A DNA stretch of 17,540 nt from positions 1 through 17,540 of the forward strand of contig JAZGFI010000058.1 of the NCBI GenBank assembly GCA_036479435.1, read 5' to 3'. The stretch's first letter is position 1. Each line of letters begins with the position of its first letter. Below the pieces are notes generated by a model. The model was not told the DNA's origin, did not search any database, and worked only from the letters and a program-made list of their open reading frames with translations. Source of the DNA: Planctomycetota bacterium. GTDB taxonomy: Bacteria; Planctomycetota; GCA-002687715; DRQF01. The translations under genes and the position numbers were made by a program. Of this stretch, positions 8,467-15,508 are shown in pieces.

Positions 8467-9242
8467 CAGGATTGTTCCTCTTCGTCGGGTAGGGGGCGAG
8501 GGTCCTCGTCCTCGGCTTGGGGCTTCACCTTTTTGAACAAGCCAATGGCGCTGAGGAGGCCGATGAACTGCCAAGGCAAAGAACTGAGAAAAAACCAGCC
8601 CAGTCCCAGGGCTCGGCTTTGTTGCCGATCGAGGGTTCCGAAACCCGGCAAGGAAGCCCGATACTCGATCTCATCCTGGACCTCTTCGTGGGCGATCCCT
8701 AGATCTCGACCGAAAGATGCAGAAAATCGGGATAGATCCCGGTTCAGGGCCCAAGCCTCCAGGCCGGAACAGATGACCAAGACCATGGCCATCCCGAAAA
8801 TACACCATCGGGCCCATTTTCGCCCCGCAAGCGCGGCCGCAAAAGCAAGGAGAGCCGTGGCGTAAAGGGACAGTCGAATGATGAACGAAATTCGCATGAT
8901 GCGCCACATCCGAATTTGGCGAAAAGCGGGGTAGTCCAAGCGCTCGGCCGCGAGACGAATCATCTCCGCGTGAAAAGGCTCGGGAGGCGAAAGCTGTCTT
9001 TCGACGAGGTCTCGATCCCGGCGTAAGTCTTGGACTCGAGCCTTGTGATCCAGCGACGCGATCCCGGACTCGAGCGAAAAATCAAGGTAAAGCACCGAAG
9101 CAACCAGCAGCCCAAGAACGGCCAGCAATAAGATCGCGAGAGACCAGACCACAATAGGAAACAGGCGTCGCGGTGGGAGACTTGACTTGGCCATCGCGGG
9201 CATCGCGTGCTCCGTCATGGGGGTCGACGTCGCTGAGGTCAA
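8466..9242 (-). CDS. Hypothetical integral membrane protein (about 4 TM segments, acidic tail)
   Basis: Hydrophobic segments IVVWSLAILLLAVLGLLVASVLYL, LSLYATALLAFAAALA, WCIFGMAMVLVICSGL and LGLGWFFLSSLPWQFIGLLSAIGLF. Start uncertain (TTG 9242 or ATG 9218). Confidence 0.7.
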   Translation of the reverse strand: MTSATSTPMTEHAMPAMAKSSLPPRRLFPIVVWSLAILLLAVLGLLVASVLYLDFSLESGIASLDHKARVQDLRRDRDLVERQLSPPEPFHAEMIRLAAERLDYPAFRQIRMWRIMRISFIIRLSLYATALLAFAAALAGRKWARWCIFGMAMVLVICSGLEAWALNRDLSRFSASFGRDLGIAHEEVQDEIEYRASLPGFGTLDRQQSRALGLGWFFLSSLPWQFIGLLSAIGLFKKVKPQAEDEDPRPLPDEEEQS

Positions 9243-9291
9243 CCAAGGCTCAGATTCAGGCGAGAAGAGTCTCGCCCCGGTTCGAGGGACG

Positions 9292-10011
9292 CTACTTGGC
9301 GTCGGTCTTGGGTGCGGTTCGGTCGCTTTGGACTTTCGCCGCGAGGCGGATCGCCGCGTCGATCGAGCTTGGATTTTCGAGCTCCAGACGTTTTCTCAGG
9401 AGAGGCGCCACCCCGGTCACGCCCGCCGCTTGACTCTTGATCGCCGAAAGAAAAGTCGGCGTCAATAATTCGTCTGCGATCATCGAAACTCGCCAACGTC
9501 CATCCGGGAGTCGGATGACCGTCATCTCCCTGAGAAAATCGCCGCCCCGTAGCTTTTCGTAGCCAACCTGGTACTTGTTCTGGCCGGTTTCGAGGTCTTC
9601 CGACAATCGTCCCTCGATGAAAAAGTTGAGCCAAAGGTTATCCATAAGCCGAGCTGGCGAGCGCTCAATGGCGCGGAGGCCGAGGTGGCTTGCGCTCTCT
9701 TTGGGGAAGCGCTCGCGGATTGCCGCGACGATCTCCCCGGTGTCTCTTTGGGTCCCGCCCACCGCAAGGAAGAGGTCGTGCAGGTAATCGGTCGAAAGCT
9801 CAATACAAACGTCGACATCGCGTGCCGCCAGAGCTTCGGAGAACCGTCGGGCGACCCGATTGGGGCCTTCTTTTTGGCTGGCAGAAGGTCTCGAGGTCGG
9901 ACTCTCGCTTTCCGAACTTCCCCGTTCTCCGCACCCTGACAAGATCGGGATCGCCAGTAGCGCCAGCGTTGCAAGGACCACCGCGGCCGAAATCATGGGG
10001 AGTCGATGCAT
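9292..10011 (-). CDS. Hypothetical lipoprotein, possibly NTF2-like (DUF4878-like) fold
   Basis: Lipobox ILSG-C after a hydrophobic signal and Ser-rich linker. The pattern PNRVARRFSEALAARD...DGRWRV is typical of NTF2-like periplasmic domains. Confidence 0.7.
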   Translation of the reverse strand: MHRLPMISAAVVLATLALLAIPILSGCGERGSSESESPTSRPSASQKEGPNRVARRFSEALAARDVDVCIELSTDYLHDLFLAVGGTQRDTGEIVAAIRERFPKESASHLGLRAIERSPARLMDNLWLNFFIEGRLSEDLETGQNKYQVGYEKLRGGDFLREMTVIRLPDGRWRVSMIADELLTPTFLSAIKSQAAGVTGVAPLLRKRLELENPSSIDAAIRLAAKVQSDRTAPKTDAK

Positions 10012-10121
10012 GGATTGCGCTTCCTCTGGGGGGTGGGCCCGTCCTGGGCTTAGGACTCATTCCTAACAAACTGCGATAAGTCTCATGATAGTCGTATTTT
10101 GGTGACTCTTCGGCTCCTCCC

Positions 10122-10310
10122 GTCGTCTCCGCCCCCGAAGGACTGTGTATTCGGTCCCTGAGGAGGCCTATAGGCCCTTGGTAGAGGCAAGCGACGCCCC
10201 TGCCCTTGAGTCAGAGTTGGTATTGGGTCAGAATAGCGGCCGGTTCGGCGTGAGGACGATCTCCGCTGACCCCCAGACGTGGCCTTGGGGCAACCCGCTC
10301 GTCTGATTTT
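10122..10310 (+). ncRNA. Candidate structured RNA / 5' leader upstream of rpmG (family not recognised)
   Basis: Long imperfect stem between 10122-10158 and 10225-10260, two internal hairpins, and a downstream GNRA-capped hairpin (10274-10305) before a T-rich tract. G-U pairs favour the + strand. Confidence 0.4.
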
Positions 10311-10336
10311 CCACATTTTTCATGGAGACGAGTGCC

Positions 10337-10507
10337 GTGGCGAAAAAGAACCTCGCACGCGAATACGTCTGGCTGAAGTGCACCGAGAGCGGTGATCTCA
10401 ACTACCGGACCCAGCGCAACAAGAACAACATGGAAGGTACGCTGAAACTCAGCAAGTACTGCCCGCGCCTGCGTAAGCACACCCCGCATACCGAAGTACG
10501 CAAGTAG
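10337..10507 (+). CDS. rpmG: 50S ribosomal protein L33
   Basis: MAKKNLAREYVWLKCTESGDLNYRT.RNK.N...LKLSKYCPRLRKHTPH.E. GTG start at 10337 with GGAG at 10324-10327. Confidence 0.96.
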   Translation: MAKKNLAREYVWLKCTESGDLNYRTQRNKNNMEGTLKLSKYCPRLRKHTPHTEVRK

Positions 10508-10537
10508 TTCGACTTCAACTACGCAAGTAGTTCGACT
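10497..10537 (+). repeat. Exact 18-bp direct repeat duplicating the rpmG 3' end
   Basis: TACGCAAGTAGTTCGACT at 10497-10514 and 10520-10537, separated by TCAAC. Confidence 0.9.
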
Positions 10538-10540
10538 GAC

Positions 10541-10590
10541 AAAAAAGACGCTTGGCTCCTCATTTGGGGCTGCCAGGCGTCTTTTGTTTT
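10541..10590. terminator. Bidirectional Rho-independent terminator between rpmG and the yqgE-like gene
   Basis: AAAAGACGCTTGGC ... GCCAGGCGTCTTTT stem, with an A6 run on the left and TTTTGTTTT on the right. Confidence 0.85.
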
Positions 10591-10719
10591 CGGGAGCCCT
10601 CACCATCTCACTGCGAATTCCCTGGCATTGCGGCCATTGGATGGTGGCAAAGGGTGGTGAATTGTGTCAGATGCTAGAGTTGAGGGTTTGGGCTGGTGTT
10701 TGGCTTGGCTCGACTCTCA

Positions 10720-11277
10720 TCAGTTCAACTCGGGGTCGATGGGCGTCTGGGCCATGATCGCGTAGCGGCCTCCAAGACGGCGCAAGACTTCAGGCCAAAT
10801 CTTGGCCGATTCGGTTTCGAAGACCAAGTCTGATGACGCTGGGGCCCGCACCCAAGCTCCATGCTCAATCTCCGCTTCGAGCTGCCCCGCCCCCCAGCCC
10901 GCGTAGCCCAAGTACAAACGGTAGGTCAAACCGTCCGCGCCACCATCTGTCGAAGTCAGCTCTTGAAGGGTGGCTTCATCGGCCGCAAATGAAATGCCCT
11001 CGCTGACGGCAAGGCCGCCGGGGGATGTTCCGTCGTGAAGTAGGAACACACTCTCGGTTTGCACCGGGCCCCCGAGCCGCATCATCAATTTGCAGTCATC
11101 TGAAAACTGAACCGGTAACATCGCATCTTTGGCCTTAAGACCGGCTTCGCGATTAATGACCAGCCCGATCGAGCCCGTGACATCGTGTTCGCAAATCAAG
11201 ATGACGGTTCGAAAGAAATTCTGATCGCGCAGCGATGGCGCCGAAATCAATAACGAGCCCCGCAGTGATTCAGTCAT
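10720..11277 (-). CDS. YqgE/AlgH family protein (UPF0301)
   Basis: GSLLISAPSLRDQNFFRTVILICEH, GLVINR, GGPV, LYLGYAGWGAGQLEAEI, and C-terminal P.DPELN. Confidence 0.94.
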   Translation of the reverse strand: MTESLRGSLLISAPSLRDQNFFRTVILICEHDVTGSIGLVINREAGLKAKDAMLPVQFSDDCKLMMRLGGPVQTESVFLLHDGTSPGGLAVSEGISFAADEATLQELTSTDGGADGLTYRLYLGYAGWGAGQLEAEIEHGAWVRAPASSDLVFETESAKIWPEVLRRLGGRYAIMAQTPIDPELN

Positions 11278-11292
11278 GAAGGGCCCTTTTTG

Positions 11293-13011
11293 TCACTCGA
11301 CTTTCTGCCAACGAGTGCGCCACAGCTCATAGCGTCGGATTTTCAAATCTCCGGCCGATTCAGCGTCAATGGCAAAGCCGCGCGGTGTTTTCTCGACGAG
11401 CTTGACCACGACGTGATGACGACGATTGATCAACAACCAATCACCGCGGCGAACCGGGGCCTCAAGGTCTTCAGAAAGCGTATCAATAAGGTCTTGGTCG
11501 TCGGCCTCCTTCGTGTCTTTTAGATCAAGGGAGGCGTGGCTCTTCAAAAAGACATCTGTCTCAAGACAAAGGTCGCAGTGACCGCAGCTCGGCCCCGCGT
11601 CGAACCCGAAATAGGCGTTGAGCACTTGGCGGCGGCAAGTTTCACCACGGGCGTACTCGACCATCTCGAGGAGTTTGGTCAAGTTGCGCTGACGCTTTTC
11701 AGGGTCAATCAACTCTGCTTCCTCTCCCGGCCGAAGATCCCGCAAGATCCGAATATTTCCCGTCGCAAAATCACCATCGATGATCCTCTCCGCCCGCAAC
11801 AAGCCGAGGCAGGTTTCGGCGCGCCCGTCTTGCCGGTTCTTCAGCAGCAAGGTTTCGCGGAGATCGGCGATTTCTCGCGCGTGAAGGGTATCTCCCCAAC
11901 TCACCATAAGATCAAATACTGATCGCAAAAACGCGGCGTTGGGATTCGCCCATTCGATGAATTGCTTTTGGATCATGAGATCTTCAGTCAGGTACAGCAA
12001 CTCGCAGAGGCTCGGCTTGCCATCGCGACCGGAGCGGCCGATCTCTTGATAGTAAGACTCCAAGCTCCCCGGGATCTGCCCGTGAATGATGAATCGGATG
12101 TCGGCCTTGTCGACGCCCATGCCGAAAGCGTTGGTGGCCAGCACCACCCCTTTGCGTGAGGAGAAAAACCGGCGTTGCATGGCCCGGCGCTCAAATGCGG
12201 AAAGCCGGCCATGGTAGACCATCGGATCAAAGCCCAGGCGCCGGAGCCGTTCCTCCAAAAGATGTAGATCCTTGATGAGAGCAAGATAGACGATTCCCGG
12301 CCCGCGCAGCCTCTCGATAACCTCGACGATTCGATCAAAACGCTCTTCATCGTCGTGAACTTGATGGACGCCGATGTGCAAATTGGGTCGTTCGATACCG
12401 GCGTGAAAGAGCTGAGCGTCTTCAGCCCCCAGTCGCTTTTTGATGTCGAGTTGGGTCTCGGGAGTCGCCGTAGCCGTCAAGGCGATCGTCGTCGGATTCC
12501 CGAGCCGCTCCTTGATGCGCCCCACTCGCCCATACTCGGGGCGAAAGTCATGCCCCCAACTCGAAATGCAGTGAGCTTCATCGACCGCGAGCAAAGATAT
12601 CTCGACCTGGTCAATAACCTTTAGAAACTCGTCCTTACGAAATCTTTCAGGGGTCACGTAGAGGAGTTTGTAGCGCCCTTCCAAGACCCCTTGCAGGCGT
12701 TCTCTTCGCTCCGCCGGCCCGAGAGACGAGTTGATGAAAGTCGCAGGTAGCCCGAGCTTCTCGAGCGCGTCGACCTGATCTTGCATCAGCGCGATCAAGG
12801 GGGAAAGGACGACGGTCAGACCTTCGAAAACCATCGCTGGAATCTGGTAACAAAGAGACTTCCCGCCGCCGGTGGGCATCACGACGAGAGCGTTCTGACC
12901 GGCAAAGATCGCCCTAAGGACCGGCTCTTGAAGCCCCTGAAATTCCTCGTGCCCAAAGGAACTCTTCAGGTGTTCCCGAGCCTGCTGCATGTGTAGTTCG
13001 AGACGATCCAA
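11293..13011 (-). CDS. recQ: RecQ-family ATP-dependent DNA helicase
   Basis: MPTGGGKSLCYQ, DEAHCISSWGHDFRPEY, ALTATA, ATNAFGMGVDK, YYQEIGRSGRDG and Zn site CRR...CGHCDLC. Start TTG 13011 or ATG 12990. Confidence 0.95.
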   Translation of the reverse strand: MDRLELHMQQAREHLKSSFGHEEFQGLQEPVLRAIFAGQNALVVMPTGGGKSLCYQIPAMVFEGLTVVLSPLIALMQDQVDALEKLGLPATFINSSLGPAERRERLQGVLEGRYKLLYVTPERFRKDEFLKVIDQVEISLLAVDEAHCISSWGHDFRPEYGRVGRIKERLGNPTTIALTATATPETQLDIKKRLGAEDAQLFHAGIERPNLHIGVHQVHDDEERFDRIVEVIERLRGPGIVYLALIKDLHLLEERLRRLGFDPMVYHGRLSAFERRAMQRRFFSSRKGVVLATNAFGMGVDKADIRFIIHGQIPGSLESYYQEIGRSGRDGKPSLCELLYLTEDLMIQKQFIEWANPNAAFLRSVFDLMVSWGDTLHAREIADLRETLLLKNRQDGRAETCLGLLRAERIIDGDFATGNIRILRDLRPGEEAELIDPEKRQRNLTKLLEMVEYARGETCRRQVLNAYFGFDAGPSCGHCDLCLETDVFLKSHASLDLKDTKEADDQDLIDTLSEDLEAPVRRGDWLLINRRHHVVVKLVEKTPRGFAIDAESAGDLKIRRYELWRTRWQKVE

Positions 13012-13013
13012 AC

Positions 13014-13550
13014 TCAGGTGTCATTTCGCGCCGGCTTGAGTGAACGCCAAGCCGCAATGGCAAAGAACACCAGACCGACCGTGGCGAGCGTGTGCGAAGA
13101 GCCGTAGACGATGCCGCGCAAGGCTCGGTTTCCAGCGAACATAGTTTCCCGGATGTGGTCGAAGTCGCGCTCTCCCGCCTTCAGCGCATTGACAAAGTGT
13201 ACGCCTTTGTAGGCGATGAGGCCCACGATGCTCGCCCCTCCCGGCAGGTAGGTCCAAGCGATCCACTTAAGCGCCTTGGGGCCCATCGGGCGCCCGCCAA
13301 TGCTAAGAGCGAAATGCAAGATCGCGACCCAGCACACCGGAATGACGGCCCCCACCAAAATGCCGTGCCCGTGCAACAAGGCCAAGTGGAGCTTCGCTTC
13401 GATCGCGATCCCTGGCGGAACTTTGGCGTAGGTCAAAGAGCGCGTCATCTCGACGTAAAGCACGCCGGCGAACCCGCCGACGACAAACATGATCAGCGCG
13501 ACGCGAAGGAACAGGCGATAAAAACGACAATAGTGCTCTGGAACCGTCAC
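13014..13550 (-). CDS. DUF2871-like membrane protein
   Basis: Four hydrophobic helices. GVLYVEMTR, LALLHGHGILVG and GSSHTLATVGLV resemble the His-containing DUF2871 pattern as recalled. Confidence 0.65.
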   Translation of the reverse strand: MTVPEHYCRFYRLFLRVALIMFVVGGFAGVLYVEMTRSLTYAKVPPGIAIEAKLHLALLHGHGILVGAVIPVCWVAILHFALSIGGRPMGPKALKWIAWTYLPGGASIVGLIAYKGVHFVNALKAGERDFDHIRETMFAGNRALRGIVYGSSHTLATVGLVFFAIAAWRSLKPARNDT

Positions 13551-13741
13551 GGGGGTTTTCTCGCTGGCCGAATCGGGAAATACGATCTGACCTTAGTGTG
13601 TTGGAACCCCTGGCGACTTCAACCACTGGCGAGGCCGCTTTGGGTCCTGGAGCAGGGATTCTCTTGGCCGATTTTCCCATGACAAGACCCGAACACTCGG
13701 CGAGTGCCCGGGCCCCAAAAGATCGAACCTGCTCCTCGGAG

Positions 13742-15037
13742 CTATAGGATGATGTAGCCCGCTGTAAAGGGCGTCAAAGAAGGATCGGGAACGTAGGTGA
13801 TGCCCTTGCCAACACCGTGCGTGTTGAACTGTTCCACTCCGATCAAGTCGATGGGGTTGAGTATCGGCTGCGGTGGGAACGAAGATGGATTGCCATGATC
13901 AAAGTGCTCGAATCCAGGGAAGCCCGCGCCGAGCGCGGGCGGAACGCCAGCATCAGCCGCCGCGATGTCGGCAGTGAGGTCGCGTCCAAAAGCCGTCGTG
14001 AGCTGGCTGCTCGGGTGGGGACCATCGAGAATGCCGACGCCAGTGTTGATCGTTGGGAAGGAGTTGTTCCCCGTCACAAAAACCGCGATTTCGCCAAGCT
14101 CGGTGATGGTGATCTCACCACCATGAGGGCCGGTCGAATTTCCGAATTCCTGCAGGCTTTCGTGAACGAACTTGATCTTACGCGTTCCGTTTTGGGTGAA
14201 GCTCTGCGCGTAAATGCGTGGGGTCGCCCCGCCGTTGGGCGTGAAAACCAAGTCGGTGAAGAAAGACATGATCTTCGGGTTAGCGTTGTTGATGAATCCG
14301 AGAGAGACGGACGGGAAGGCACTGAGCCCGCTATTGGTTCCGAACTGGATGTAACCGTTTTCAGACACCCAGGCGCCCGTGTAGGAGTTGCCGTAAAAGC
14401 TAAAGGTGAATCCGCCCGGGAAGTTGTAAAGGACTGACGCGTCATCCGAGCCGACCGTGAAGGGCAATAGGGTGAAGCCATTCGTGAAGGTCGCAACGGC
14501 GGCGGCCGTGCTGCTGATGAAAAACGGCGAATTCACCGGGTCGTTAACGATAGCCTGAACCGCAACTTCGAAAGTCGGCACGGAGATGCATACCGCCGAT
14601 CCCGCCACGAACCTGCACGCTGGAATCTGGAAGGTCGAGTTCCAGTTGCCGGTCGATCCGGTAAAGGTGTTCGGGAAGGGTCGGGCGTAGCCATCGACAA
14701 GGACTTGGTCCGTAAAGCCGGAACCATTCACATCCGTAAGGTCGAGTTGAACGTTGAAGTTGCCAAAGGACGCTTGGGTAATGGCGGAACCCGCGGCGGC
14801 ACCGATCGAGTAAAGCAGGACCACAGGCGTGTTCGCCTGCGCTTGGATATCCACCGTAATCGGTGAATCCGTGAAGACGTTGACCGCGGCCGGAATGCCA
14901 CCGACTTGCGAGGACGCCGTGACATCGACGCCAATCGAATTAAAAAACCCGTTAACCTGAAGCTGGCCCTGGGCGAATCCGGCCATCATGAACAAAGCAA
15001 AGACGGCGACGATCAGCCGACAAGAATGAGAATGCAT
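13742..15037 (-). CDS. Secreted protein (Sec signal peptide) with beta-sandwich + NIDO-like domain; apparent paralogue of the 2..2230 protein
   Basis: Signal MHSHSCRLIVAVFALFMMAGFAQG-Q. Motifs VAVQAIVNDP and GSDDASV.YNFPGGFTFSFYGNSYTGAWVSENGYIQFG. Confidence 0.8.
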   Translation of the reverse strand: MHSHSCRLIVAVFALFMMAGFAQGQLQVNGFFNSIGVDVTASSQVGGIPAAVNVFTDSPITVDIQAQANTPVVLLYSIGAAAGSAITQASFGNFNVQLDLTDVNGSGFTDQVLVDGYARPFPNTFTGSTGNWNSTFQIPACRFVAGSAVCISVPTFEVAVQAIVNDPVNSPFFISSTAAAVATFTNGFTLLPFTVGSDDASVLYNFPGGFTFSFYGNSYTGAWVSENGYIQFGTNSGLSAFPSVSLGFINNANPKIMSFFTDLVFTPNGGATPRIYAQSFTQNGTRKIKFVHESLQEFGNSTGPHGGEITITELGEIAVFVTGNNSFPTINTGVGILDGPHPSSQLTTAFGRDLTADIAAADAGVPPALGAGFPGFEHFDHGNPSSFPPQPILNPIDLIGVEQFNTHGVGKGITYVPDPSLTPFTAGYIIL

Positions 15038-15253
15038 GTACTTACCCCTCGATTTTTCTTAGACACGAGTATCACTGGCCGCACACCCGTCAAGGGCGTA
15101 AACACCGTCCGGAGCGCTAACCGGCGGCCATGCAGGAATCTCGATTCGTCATCACTATAGTCAGGATATCGTACCAAGCGGCGCCTTTTGAGCAACAATT
15201 CCCTTTTCTTAAGCGCCGTTGACGGCGGCAGCCCCGTCTTCTCATGCCCAACA

Positions 15254-15342
15254 CCGAATAATATTCGGAATATAGGTCACAATATCCGATGTCTTGCCGC
15301 CGAATCGGTCCAAGATAGAGTTCCACGCGCCATTATTCGGAA
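15254..15342. promoter_or_regulatory. Operator-like palindrome and repeated motif in the divergent intergenic region
   Basis: Perfect 7-1-7 palindrome CCGAATA-A-TATTCGG (15254-15268). TATTCGGAA occurs at 15262-15270 and 15334-15342, with variant AATATCCGA at 15281-15289. Confidence 0.4.
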
Positions 15343-15508
15343 CTGCGGTTGTTGGCAGAGAGGCTCCGCGGCCAAGCGGCCCCGAGCAAGCATCCCTTGG
15401 GCCATCGCCAAATTGCGACCCAAAAGCGCACCTTGACGGCTATCTCGCCGGTTTTGAATTCTCAGTTTTCCGCTACCCTTGCCGACCATTCCTTTCGGAT
15501 TGATCCCC

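Noticed and set aside
8467..8574. Longer start for the TPR gene
   Set aside because: It would overlap the membrane-protein gene by over 100 nt; ATG 8466 gives a clean stop/start coupling and a signal peptide.
9239..9974. Alternative-frame ORFs 9239-9634 and 9522-9974, and the many other overlapping or antisense ORFs in the track
   Set aside because: They are Arg/Pro/Ser-rich shadow frames of well-supported genes, expected in GC-rich DNA, with no recognisable motifs.
10158..10180. Hammerhead ribozyme (CTGAGGA followed by a GGCC hairpin)
   Set aside because: The obligatory GAAA after stem II is missing (CTT follows).
10225..10310. tRNA near rpmG (GGTTCG at ~10242)
   Set aside because: No T-loop TTCRA consensus, cloverleaf or CCA end can be built.
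15040..15500. Small ORFs and a canonical pho box in the divergent intergenic region
   Set aside because: The ORFs have no RBS or protein-like features, and I found no CTGTCAT-type repeats at 11-bp spacing.
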